In this document: positions 48,573 through 58,769 of the stretch, piece by piece
How the letters are laid out: each line of letters opens with the position of its first letter
Position numbering within the stretch: the first letter of the stretch is position 1
NCBI GenBank assembly: GCA_963702475.1
Contig: CAVPCT010000007.1
Location: 1-64,000 of the forward strand
Direction: 5' to 3'
DNA length: 64,000 nt
From: an uncultured Thermoleophilia bacterium
GTDB taxonomy: Bacteria; Actinomycetota; Thermoleophilia; UBA2241
Notes under the pieces: model-generated
Database searches by the model: none
Told to the model about the DNA's origin: nothing
The model's input: the letters and a program-made list of their open reading frames with translations, nothing else
Program-made: the position numbers and the translations under genes

Positions 48573-49211
48573 TCATTCCGACGGAGCGGGAACCTCGCGG
48601 CGAGGGTCGCCCTCGGCTTGTGCGCCGGATCCCAGCGGCAGCACGACGCGACCGAACAGGCCGTTCCAGAGGTGTGCGGCGGCGACGTACATCGCACCGA
48701 TGCCCGTGGCGACCCCCACCCACCCGGCGACGATCCGGACGACCTCGCTGCCGGCCCACTCGCTCGCGGCGAGCAGTACGAACAGGGTCGTCACGCCGAC
48801 GAAGACGATGTAGAGGGCCCGGTCCTTCGTGCGGGCAGCGACCGTCATGACCGCGGAGAAGGCGCCCCAGACCAGAAAGAACCATGCCAGAGAAGTCGCT
48901 CCGGCGGCCAGGTCGGCAGCGCCCTCGACGAAGCTCAGCCGCGGCAGGAGGATGATGAACGCAAGCAACATCCAGAAGAACCCGTAGGCGGAGAAGGCGG
49001 TCTGGGCGAAGACGTTGCCTTTGCACCACGCCTGCCAGCCGGCGATCACTTGCGCGGCGCCGCCGAAGAAGAAGCCCATGGCGAGGACCATGGCGTCGAG
49101 CGGGTAGCCGCCCGCGTTGTGGATGTTGAGCAGCACCGTGCTCATGCCGAACGCCATGAGGCCGAGCACGGCAGGGTCGCCGGTCGCGTCCCTGGGATCG
49201 AGCCGTGTCAT
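48573..49211 (-). CDS. satP: Acetate/succinate uptake channel, SatP (GPR1/FUN34/YaaH) family
   Basis: DPAVLGLMAFGMSTVLLN, GGAAQ, AFSAYGFFW; six TM. Confidence 0.88.
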   Translation of the reverse strand: MTRLDPRDATGDPAVLGLMAFGMSTVLLNIHNAGGYPLDAMVLAMGFFFGGAAQVIAGWQAWCKGNVFAQTAFSAYGFFWMLLAFIILLPRLSFVEGAADLAAGATSLAWFFLVWGAFSAVMTVAARTKDRALYIVFVGVTTLFVLLAASEWAGSEVVRIVAGWVGVATGIGAMYVAAAHLWNGLFGRVVLPLGSGAQAEGDPRREVPAPSE

Positions 49212-49423
49212 CTCGGGGCTGCCAACACGTCGCGAAGCTCCTCGATCACGGCGGCGTCGTCGATGGTCGCCGCCGTCGAGGACCCCGGTACGGGCTTGGT
49301 CGGCGAGCCCGGCTTCATCGGCAGCTCCTCTAGGCCTCGGCAGCTGGCCTCGGCTGCCGCGCCCCAGAACTCGTCAGGCCGCTGGATCGACGCACGGTAC
49401 GCGGCCTCGTATGGTCCCTCCAC
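49208..49423 (-). pseudogene. Internally deleted propionyl/acetyl-CoA synthetase remnant
   Basis: N-terminal YEAAYRASIQRPDEFW, internal LPMKPGSPTKPVPG and C-terminal ATIDDAAVIEEL joined in 71 codons. Confidence 0.7.
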
Positions 49424-49846
49424 GCTCCACTCCTTCTGTTCCGGGGCGCACGTGCGACGGGGAACGCGTCGTGACTTCTGCCACCATCCGATTGGTGGCC
49501 ACCAGTCGTTGGACGCACCATAGCATCTCCGGACCGGCTGTCAAACGCCGCGGTACTGGAGTGCCCGGCTTCCCGGCGGCGCACGGCCGGCGACCGTGGT
49601 CCTGCAGGTCCGCCGACGAGGAGTCCGGCGACGGCACCGCGTCAGAGTCCTCTTCACGGCGCCCACGGCCGACGATCTCAGGGGGCGGTTGGTCGACGAC
49701 CAGCTCGCGGTAGGACGTACACGAAGGGCATGTATCCGCGCCGCTCGCAGGACCGTTGCGCTGCGTCGTTCCCGCGCGCGGGCGTCATCGTCCCTGTCCT
49801 CTTCGCAGGAACGGTCTTCGCGACCGGACCCGCCTCCTGCGCAGGG

Positions 49847-50068
49847 TCACAACCACGGTTCGTCCCCGGGCCGTCTCGGCGCCTGCTCTGAGAGCTCCGC
49901 CAGGCCCTGCTCGAGCCGGTAGCGGTAGCACGCCAGGCACAGCGGCCTCTTCTCCTGCTCCTCGGCCGGGAGCGGGATCAGGCCGAACACCTCGCGTCCG
50001 ATGGTGCGGCCGCAGTCGGTGCAGCGCCAGTACCAGTAGGAGTTGGGGTACGCCTCGTTGTCGCTCAT
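49847..50068 (-). CDS. Small hypothetical protein with two CxxC pairs
   Basis: WRCTDCG...LCLACY; co-oriented at the end of the FAH/glcDF operon. Confidence 0.6.
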   Translation of the reverse strand: MSDNEAYPNSYWYWRCTDCGRTIGREVFGLIPLPAEEQEKRPLCLACYRYRLEQGLAELSEQAPRRPGDEPWL

Positions 50069-50113
50069 GGTGCGTGCCGCCTGGTTCGTACGCTCCTGCG
50101 GCGCCGGCTCCGC

Positions 50114-50800
50114 TCAGGCCTCGGTGGCCACCACGGGGTTCCGCAGCACGCCGATACCCTCGACCTCCACCTCGGCCACGTCGCCGGGCTTCATGGACAG
50201 CTTGGGGTCGCGGAACACGCCCACGCCGGCCGGCGTGCCGGTCAGGATGAGGTCGCCGGGCTGCAGCGTGAGCACGTGCGAGGTGAACGACACGAGCTCG
50301 CGCACGCCGAAGATCAGCTGGCTGGTGCTGCCGTCCTGCAGGGTCTCGCCGTTGAGACGCTGGACCACGCGCAGTTCGCCGGCCTCGCCGAGCTCGGCGA
50401 CCGGGACGATGCGTGGTCCCACCGGGCAGAACGTGTCGTACGTCTTGCCGCGGAACCACTGGCGGTCGCCGAACTGCGCGTCCCTGGCGCTCACGTCGTT
50501 GCCGCAGGTGTAGCCGTACACCGCGTCCAGGGCGTCGTCCGCCGCGAGCTTGTGACACTCTCGGCCGATGATCACGGCAAGCTCCGCCTCGGAGTCCACG
50601 TGGCCGATGCCGTCGGGCATGAGGATGGGATCGCCGTCGTTGCAGAGCGCCGTGGCGAACTTGGCGAAGAGGATGGGGGACTCCGGCAGCTTCTTCACGC
50701 CGCCCTCGACGGCGTGGTCCTTGTAGTTCAGGCCCACGCAGACGATCTTGGGCTCGGTGCGCCCGAAGCGCTCCTGCCACTCGGCACGCCAGTCGAACAT
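50114..50800 (-). CDS. Fumarylacetoacetate hydrolase-family protein
   Basis: KIVCVGLNY, EAELAVIIG, GNDVSARD, GKTYDTFCPVGP, GDLILTGTP. Confidence 0.92.
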   Translation of the reverse strand: MFDWRAEWQERFGRTEPKIVCVGLNYKDHAVEGGVKKLPESPILFAKFATALCNDGDPILMPDGIGHVDSEAELAVIIGRECHKLAADDALDAVYGYTCGNDVSARDAQFGDRQWFRGKTYDTFCPVGPRIVPVAELGEAGELRVVQRLNGETLQDGSTSQLIFGVRELVSFTSHVLTLQPGDLILTGTPAGVGVFRDPKLSMKPGDVAEVEVEGIGVLRNPVVATEA

Positions 50801-50814
50801 CGGTCTCCTTCGCT

Positions 50815-52158
50815 TCAGGCGGTCTGACGGGACGCCGGCTCGTCGCCGGAGGCAGCCCGGCCGGAGCCGCGGCGGGACTCCGCGGCGCTTCCGGCCAGCG
50901 CCTCCGCGACCAGTTCGACGGTGTGGCACACGCGCTGCCCCAGGCCTCTGCGGCGCAGGCTGCTCGTGAGCTGCATCCGGCAGCCGGGGCAGCTCGTGAC
51001 GACGACGTCGGCGCCGGTGGCGGCCACCTCCGCCGCCTTGCGGGCGCCGATCTTCTCGGAGAGGGCTGCGTGCGTGAGCAGGAACGATCCGGCCCCGCCG
51101 CAGCAGACCTCGGCAGAGGCGAGCTCGGCGAGCTCGTGGCCGGCCACGCGGGTGACGAGTTCGCGCGGCTGGGAGCGCACGCCCTGGCCGCGCGCCAGGT
51201 GGCACGGGTCGTGGTACGTGACGCGCAGGCCGGCCGGGGCGGAGGCCGCCGGCAGGTCCGCGCGCTCGGCGAGGTACTCGGTCGCGTCGGCCGCGCGCCC
51301 GGCGACGGCTTCGGCGCGCGGCCCCCACTCGGGGTCGCCGGCCAGCAGCCGCGGGATGAAGTGCTTGAGCGCGGAGCCGCACGTGGGGCAGGCGGTGAGC
51401 ACGGCTTCGCCGGGCATCTCCTCGAGCGTCTGCACCAGCGCCTGGGCCAGCTCGCGGGCGGTGTCGGTGTCGCCGTGCATGAGCATGGGCACCCCGCAGC
51501 AGTGGTTCTCGAGCGGGAGGGCGACGCCGATCCCGGCGCTGCCGAGCACGGCGACCAGGGCACGGCCGATCTCCGGGTACACGTACGTGATCATGCAGCC
51601 CGGGTAGAAGACGACGCGCCGGCCGGAGGCGAGCGCGTCGGCCGAGCCGTCCGCGGACGTCAGCGGGCGGTCCGGAAGCTTCGGCAGGACCGCGTTACCC
51701 AGCCCCGGCACGGGAACCCGCGGCACTCCGAGGCTGTCGTCCGGTCCCGGCGCCAGCACGAGGTCCTGCAGCCGCGCGGCCGCGGCGGCCCCCGCCTTGA
51801 GCACCTTGGGCCGCTTGACGGCCGCGAATGCCGCTGCTGCCGCCGGCGACACGCCGCGCCGGCGGACGACCTCCGCCCGGGCCGCCAGGATCACGTCGTC
51901 GATGCGCACGCCCGACGGGCAGCCGGCCACGCACGCGGTGCAGGTGAGGCAGAGGTCCAGCTGGCGCAGGGCCTCGTCGTCGGGTTCGATCTCGCCGTTG
52001 AGCAGCGCCGCGGCGATCGCGACCTTTCCACGGGCCACGGAGCCCTCCCGGTGCGTCTCTTTGTACACCGGGCACACCGCCTGGCAGTTGCCGCAGCGCA
52101 TGCAGGTGGAGATGTGCTCGCGCAGCTCCTCGAGCTCGCTTCGCCCGGCCTCGCGCAT
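50815..52158 (-). CDS. glcF: GlcF-like Fe-S subunit of a 2-hydroxyacid oxidase/dehydrogenase
   Basis: CMRCGNCQAVCP, CLTCTACVAGCP, CCG domains, YHDPCHL. Confidence 0.85.
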   Translation of the reverse strand: MREAGRSELEELREHISTCMRCGNCQAVCPVYKETHREGSVARGKVAIAAALLNGEIEPDDEALRQLDLCLTCTACVAGCPSGVRIDDVILAARAEVVRRRGVSPAAAAAFAAVKRPKVLKAGAAAAARLQDLVLAPGPDDSLGVPRVPVPGLGNAVLPKLPDRPLTSADGSADALASGRRVVFYPGCMITYVYPEIGRALVAVLGSAGIGVALPLENHCCGVPMLMHGDTDTARELAQALVQTLEEMPGEAVLTACPTCGSALKHFIPRLLAGDPEWGPRAEAVAGRAADATEYLAERADLPAASAPAGLRVTYHDPCHLARGQGVRSQPRELVTRVAGHELAELASAEVCCGGAGSFLLTHAALSEKIGARKAAEVAATGADVVVTSCPGCRMQLTSSLRRRGLGQRVCHTVELVAEALAGSAAESRRGSGRAASGDEPASRQTA

Positions 52159-53576
52159 CAGGCCCTCGTCAGGGTGACGACCTTGCCGGGGTTGAGCAGG
52201 TCGTCCGGGTCGAGGGCTCGCTTGATGCGCTCGGATACCTCGACGCCCACGTCGCCGATCTCCCACGGCAGGTACCGCTGCTTCGAGGTGCCGATGCCGT
52301 GCTCGCCGCTGAGCGTTCCACCGAGCCGCAGCGTCGCCGCGAAGAGCTCGTCGATGGCGGCGTTGACGCGGGCCATCTCGACGGGGTCGCTCTTGTCGCA
52401 GAGGATGCTGGGGTGAAGGTTGCCGTCGCCGGCGTGGCCGACCACGCTGATGGCCAGGTCGTGCTTCTCGGCAAGCTCGGCGACCAGCTCGAGCATCGCC
52501 GTGATCTGGCTGCGCGGCACCGTGGCGTCTTCGACGATGATGGTGGGGCGCAGCCGCGCGACTGCGGGCAGGGCCGCGCGCCGCGCGGCCCACAGGGAGT
52601 CGCGCTCGGCGCCCATGGCGGCCTCTATGACTTCACCGCCGTGCGCGCGCAGCACCTCGAGCACCGTTGCGGCTTCGCGCTCGACGACCTCGGGAATGCC
52701 GTCCACCTCGATGAGCAGTGCAGCCTCGGCGTCCTCGCGCAGGCCCACGTGCGTGAAGTTCTCGACGGCGACGATGGTGGTGTGGTCCATGAACTCCAGC
52801 GTCGCGGGGATGACGCCAGCGCCGACGATGGCGACGGCGGCGTCGGCGGCGACCTTCTGGTCGTCGAAGTACACCAGCATGCTGCGCATGGCCTGAGGCC
52901 GCGGCCGCAGCTTCACGGTGATCTCGGTGATGATGCCGAGCGTGCCCTCGGAGCCGACCATGAGCTTGACCAGGTCGTAGCCGGTCACGTTCTTCACGGT
53001 CTTGCCCCCGGAGCGCAGCACGCGGCCGTCGGCGAGCACGACCTCGAGGCCCATGACGTAGTCCTTGGTGACGCCGTACTTGAGGCCGCGCAGGCCGCCC
53101 GAGCACTCGGCCACGCTGCCGCCCATGGTGGCCACGGCCACGGAGCCGGGGTCGGGCGGGTACATGAGGCCGAGCTTGCCGCATGCCTCGTCGAGGTCCT
53201 TGATGATGACGCCGGGCTGCACCGTGGCGGTGAGGTTCACGGCGTCGATCTCGACGATGGTGTCCATGTCGAGCATGCAGACGACGAGGCCGCCGTCGAC
53301 CGGCGTGCTGCCGCCGCTCAGGTTGGTGCCGGCGCCGCGGGTGTAGACCGGCCGGCGGTACCTGGCGGCCGCCCGCACGACGTGCGAGACCTCGGCCGTC
53401 GTGCGCGGGAACACGACGGCGACGGGGATGCCGGGCACGGCGTCGGCGGCCGCGTCGAAGCCGTAGCAGACGAGCTCTTCCGGCTCCGTGACGACCTGTT
53501 CCGGCGCGAGCCCGCCGCGCAACTCGCGCAGCAGGTCGAGCACGGCCGGCGCCGGCTTGCGGCCGGCGGCGCTCAT
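52158..53576 (-). CDS. glcD: GlcD-like FAD-linked oxidase subunit
   Basis: RGAGTNLSGG, YPPDPGS, GSEGTLG, GHAGDGNLHP, SGEHGIG, LNPGK. Confidence 0.88.
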   Translation of the reverse strand: MSAAGRKPAPAVLDLLRELRGGLAPEQVVTEPEELVCYGFDAAADAVPGIPVAVVFPRTTAEVSHVVRAAARYRRPVYTRGAGTNLSGGSTPVDGGLVVCMLDMDTIVEIDAVNLTATVQPGVIIKDLDEACGKLGLMYPPDPGSVAVATMGGSVAECSGGLRGLKYGVTKDYVMGLEVVLADGRVLRSGGKTVKNVTGYDLVKLMVGSEGTLGIITEITVKLRPRPQAMRSMLVYFDDQKVAADAAVAIVGAGVIPATLEFMDHTTIVAVENFTHVGLREDAEAALLIEVDGIPEVVEREAATVLEVLRAHGGEVIEAAMGAERDSLWAARRAALPAVARLRPTIIVEDATVPRSQITAMLELVAELAEKHDLAISVVGHAGDGNLHPSILCDKSDPVEMARVNAAIDELFAATLRLGGTLSGEHGIGTSKQRYLPWEIGDVGVEVSERIKRALDPDDLLNPGKVVTLTRA

Positions 53577-54734
53577 CGGCGCACCCCCGACCGGCGCATC
53601 GCCGGCGTCGCGCGCGGCGAGCACTCGCGACTCCGCCCGGAGCGCCTCGAGGAACCGCTCGTTCTGCTCCGGACGTCCGACGGTCACGCGCAGGTGTTGC
53701 GTGAGGCCCCAGCCGGTGCACGGCCGCACGATCACGCCGCGGCGCAGCAGGCGGTCCCAGAGCTGCTCGGCGTCCTCACCCGCGTCGAACATGACGAAGT
53801 TGGCCTGGCTGGGCTCGACCGCGAACCCCCACCCCGTGAGCGTCTCGGTGAGCAGCCGCCTCCCCGCGATCGTCTGTGCCACGCAGTCCTCCAGCCACTC
53901 AGTGTCGGCCAGCGCCGCCGGCCCGGCGACGATGGAGAGCCGGTTCAGATTGAACGGCTCCTTGATGGTGTCCAGCAGCCAGCAGACGCGCTCCGGTACC
54001 AGCGCGTAGCCGAGTCGCATGCCGGCGAGGCCGTACGCCTTGGAGAACGTGCGCAGCACGATGACGTTGTCGCGGCCCTCCTTGAGCAGGTCGAGGCCGT
54101 CGGCGTAGTCCGGGTCGTCCACGAACTCGCAGTAGGCCTGGTCGAAGACGACGGTGACCCCCTCCGGCAGCGACGCCATGAAGGCGTCGACCTCGTCGCG
54201 GCGCACGATGCAGCCCGTGGGGTTGTTGGGGCTGCACAGCCAGACCAGCTTGGTCCGCGGGCCGACGGCGGCGCGGACCGCCTCGAGGTCGTAGTGGAAG
54301 TCGCGCAGAGGCACCACGTGCACGCGCCCCTCCATGAGCTTGGCCGCCTCGGCGTAGCGTCCGTAGGTGAGGTCGGCGACGATCACGTCGTCGCCGGATC
54401 CGCAGAACAGCTGCGGGATGAGCTGGATGATGACCTCGGTGCCGTGGCCGACCACGACGTTCTCGGGGCCCACGCCGTTGTGCTCGGCCAGCACGTGCTT
54501 GAGGTCGAAGAAACTCTGCTCGGGGTACTGCCACAGATTGTGCAGCTCGCCCTTGATGGCCTCGAGCGCCTTCGGCGACGGGCCCCAGGCGTTCTCGTTG
54601 GAGGCGAGCTTGACCAGGTCGGTGAGGCCGAGCTCGCGCCTGACCTGTTCGGTGGTGTAGCCGGCGATGTACTTCTCGAGGCTGTAGACGGCCTCGCGGT
54701 AGCAGCTCTCGCCGGGCAGGCGTTCGGTGCTCAT
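53577..54734 (-). CDS. hisC: Histidinol-phosphate/aromatic aminotransferase (HisC-like); 3' end uncertain
   Basis: KLASNEN, SPNNPTG, DQAY, RTFSKAYGLAGMRLGY, SQANF, LRVTVG. Confidence 0.85.
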
Positions 54735-54742
54735 CGCCGGCC

Positions 54743-55747
54743 TCAGGAGACGCGTGGCGCGGCCGGCCGCAGGTGCGGCCGGCCGAGCACGTCGGGGTTG
54801 ACCACGTAGTGCGGCGTCTCGCCGCGCAGGGTCCGCACCACCTCCAGGCAGGCCTTCTCGCGGACCTCCTCCTCGGAGACCCTCGACATGAACGCCGTGT
54901 GCGGCGTGAGGATGACGGTGTCGAGCGCGTAGAGCGGGTGGCCGGCGGGCAGCGGCTCGGGCCAGAGCACGTCGAGGGCGGCGCCGGCGATCTCGCCGGC
55001 CTGGAGGGCCGCGGCCAGGGCGTCGTCGTCGACGCAGGCGCCGCGGGCGGTGTTGATGAGGTAGGCCGAGGGCTTCATCGCCCTCAGCTCGGCCTCCCCG
55101 ACGATCCCTCTCGTCTCGTCCGAGAGCAGGCAGTGCAGCGACACGTAGTCGCCCTGCAGCACCTCGCCGAGGCCGGTCTTGCGTACGCCGAAGGCCTTCA
55201 TGGTGGCCTCGTCCACGTAGGGGTCCGAGGCCAGCACGGTGAGGCCGAAGGCCTGCGCTCGCAGGGCGACCGCCCTCCCGATGCGCCCCAGACCGATGAT
55301 GCCCAGGGTCTGGTGGCTGATGCGGTCTGGCTTGCCGCAGGCCTCGTAGTCCCACCTGCCGTCGAGGATGCAGCCGTGGTGGCGCAGCAGGTTGCGGCCC
55401 AGGGCGAGCAGGAAGCCCATGGCGTGGTCGGCGACCTCCTGCGTGCAGTAGTCGGGCACGTTGGTGACGACGATGCCGCGCTCCGTGGCCGCGTCCATGT
55501 CCACGCTGTTGAAGCCCGTGGCCATGAAGGCGACGTGGCGCACACGGGGCAGCGCGTCGAGCACACGCGCGGTGAGCGGCGCGTAGGCGCAGATGAGAGC
55601 GTCCGCCCCGGCGCAGGACTCGATGAGGGCGTCTTCGCCCTCGAGCTCGTAGCGGACGAACTGGACGTCCAGCCCGCAGGTGTCGAACACGCCAAGCTCC
55701 ACGAGCATGTCCGAAGCGCCGCGTTCGGTCTGGATCACGGTGTACAT
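54743..55747 (-). CDS. D-isomer-specific 2-hydroxyacid dehydrogenase (CtBP-like)
   Basis: NVPDYCTQEVADH, GIIGLGRIG, INTARG, LDV..EP, TPHTA. Confidence 0.92.
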   Translation of the reverse strand: MYTVIQTERGASDMLVELGVFDTCGLDVQFVRYELEGEDALIESCAGADALICAYAPLTARVLDALPRVRHVAFMATGFNSVDMDAATERGIVVTNVPDYCTQEVADHAMGFLLALGRNLLRHHGCILDGRWDYEACGKPDRISHQTLGIIGLGRIGRAVALRAQAFGLTVLASDPYVDEATMKAFGVRKTGLGEVLQGDYVSLHCLLSDETRGIVGEAELRAMKPSAYLINTARGACVDDDALAAALQAGEIAGAALDVLWPEPLPAGHPLYALDTVILTPHTAFMSRVSEEEVREKACLEVVRTLRGETPHYVVNPDVLGRPHLRPAAPRVS

Positions 55748-55831
55748 CGACGTCCTCCGCCGGTCGGCTTGCAGTGCGCGGGAGGCCGGAGGTCGCTCAC
55801 GCCACCGGCCGCAGGCCCCGGCGCGGGAAGC

Positions 55832-56359
55832 TCACGTGACGCCGTTCTGGCCTACGTTCTCGCCTTCCCAATTGTAGAAGAACTTCTCGGTGCGCATCAC
55901 GTGCCAGGTCTCGGTGGCGCTGATGCCGTCGATCGCCTCCAGGTCCTCGTTGAGGAACTTGAACAGCCCCTCGGTGTCGGGCAGGAACGCCTCGATGAGG
56001 ATGTCGAAGCTGCCGGCCAGGTAGGCCACGTAGGCGACGTTCTCCATGGCGGCGAGCTTCTGGCCGACCTCCTTCACGCGTCCGCGCACGGCCTTGACGG
56101 CGATGAACGCGTCGATGGGAAAGCCGATGGGGGCGGGGTTCACGCGGGCCATGACCATGATGGCGCCCGCGTGGGTGAGCCGGTCGATGCGCTTGCGGAC
56201 CGTGGGCTCGGAGACCCCCACCGTCCGGGCGATCTGGGCGTAGGTGAGCCGCCCGTCGTGGCGCAGCAGCTTCATGATGTGACGGTCGAGCTCGTCGAGC
56301 TCCAGGACGCCGTGCGGCATGGAGCCCTGACGGATCAGTGGCTGTGATTCAGAATCCAT
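55832..56359 (-). CDS. Lrp/AsnC-family regulator
   Basis: LDELDRHIMKLLRHDGRLTYAQIARTVGVSEPTVRKRIDRL; GSFD. Confidence 0.9.
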   Translation of the reverse strand: MDSESQPLIRQGSMPHGVLELDELDRHIMKLLRHDGRLTYAQIARTVGVSEPTVRKRIDRLTHAGAIMVMARVNPAPIGFPIDAFIAVKAVRGRVKEVGQKLAAMENVAYVAYLAGSFDILIEAFLPDTEGLFKFLNEDLEAIDGISATETWHVMRTEKFFYNWEGENVGQNGVT

Positions 56360-56538
56360 AGCGGTTCCGCCTCTTTGTGGTCGGTACGTGCCCCATTAGG
56401 GATGATGCAGTTCAGTCCCCATCTGGAATCGTAACATTCTGTTGTGAATCCGTCACGTAGTAGTTGCCAGAGAGCAGTGCGGCTGCTACTGTCGCGGGGC
56501 CGAGACACCTCACTCACTTCTCAGCAAGGAGCAGCTCC

Positions 56539-57267
56539 ATGCACAAGATCGTCCCTCTCTGGTCCGTCCCGCGCTCGATCTCCACCGGGTTCGAGCGCAT
56601 GATGTTCGAGCGCGGCGACTTCAAGGTCATCCACGAGCCGTACGGCTACTTCTTCTACCTCGAGGCTGCGCACAAGGAGCCCGTGGGCATGCAGCCCCAG
56701 GAGGGCCATCCCCGGACCTTCGAGGGCACGACCGAGATGATCGAGGCCGCCTCGGCCGACAAGCCCGTCTTCTTCAAGGACATGGCGTACTACGTCAGCG
56801 ACATCGCGGACGAGGAGTTCATGAAGAAGTTCACCAACACGTTCATCATCCGCGACCCCGCCCTCACGCTCGTCTCCTACCACAAGCTCGACCCCACCGT
56901 CACGCTGCGCGAGATCGGCTTCGAGTCGCAGTTCAAGCTGTTCGAGCTTGCCAAGGAGATCACCGGCGAGGTCCCCGCCGTCGTGGACGCCGAGGACCTG
57001 CTCATCGACGCCGCCTCGGTGGTCAAGCAGTACTGCGAGAAGACCGGCATCCCGTACCTGCCCGAGTCGCTCACCTGGCAGCCCGAGTTCAAGCAGGAGT
57101 GGAAGGACTGGGAGATGTGGCACCTGGACGCCGGCGACAGCACCGGGTTCCAGCGTGACATGGAGGACTTCGGCTATACCGTGGACGACGTGCCGGAGCT
57201 CAAGGAGATGTACGAGCAGTGCATGCCGTACTACGAGAAGATGTACGAGGTGCGCCTGAAGCCGTAA
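56539..57267 (+). CDS. Sulfotransferase-like P-loop protein
   Basis: LWSVPRSISTGFER, HEPY, FFKDMA, FIIRDP, WH..A..STGF; AAGGAG RBS. Confidence 0.8.
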   Translation: MHKIVPLWSVPRSISTGFERMMFERGDFKVIHEPYGYFFYLEAAHKEPVGMQPQEGHPRTFEGTTEMIEAASADKPVFFKDMAYYVSDIADEEFMKKFTNTFIIRDPALTLVSYHKLDPTVTLREIGFESQFKLFELAKEITGEVPAVVDAEDLLIDAASVVKQYCEKTGIPYLPESLTWQPEFKQEWKDWEMWHLDAGDSTGFQRDMEDFGYTVDDVPELKEMYEQCMPYYEKMYEVRLKP

Positions 57268-57279
57268 GGCCCGCCGCGG

Positions 57280-57320
57280 CGGTGGGGCGGGCCGGCCGGA
57301 TGAGCAGGCCCGCCCCACCG
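57280..57320. terminator. GC-rich intergenic hairpin (no U-tract)
   Basis: cggtggggcgggcc pairs with ggcccgccccaccg, 14-bp stem just after the stop. Confidence 0.45.
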
Positions 57321-57349
57321 TGCCCCTTCGTCAACCTCCGGGTTCACCC

Positions 57350-58590
<1,241 letters not shown>

Positions 58591-58769
58591 TGAGGTCGGC
58601 CGGCGCGGCTGCGACCGCGCGGGCAGGCGGACGGGCCCACGCCAAGGATGCTCGACCGGGCACGCACATCGTTGTCTTCTGGTCGGTCCTCGTTACGATG
58701 TGGACAGGCGAGGACGGAGGGGGGCGTGCAGCGAGGCTCACCAGTGCAGCCGGCCGGTCGGGGCGCCAC

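Noticed and set aside
52158-54734. HisC-GlcD fusion (1065-aa ORF in the track)
   Set aside because: The glcD start sits in an ATGA typical of a stop/start overlap, and the joining segment is low-complexity. An indel near the hisC 3' end probably removed its stop.
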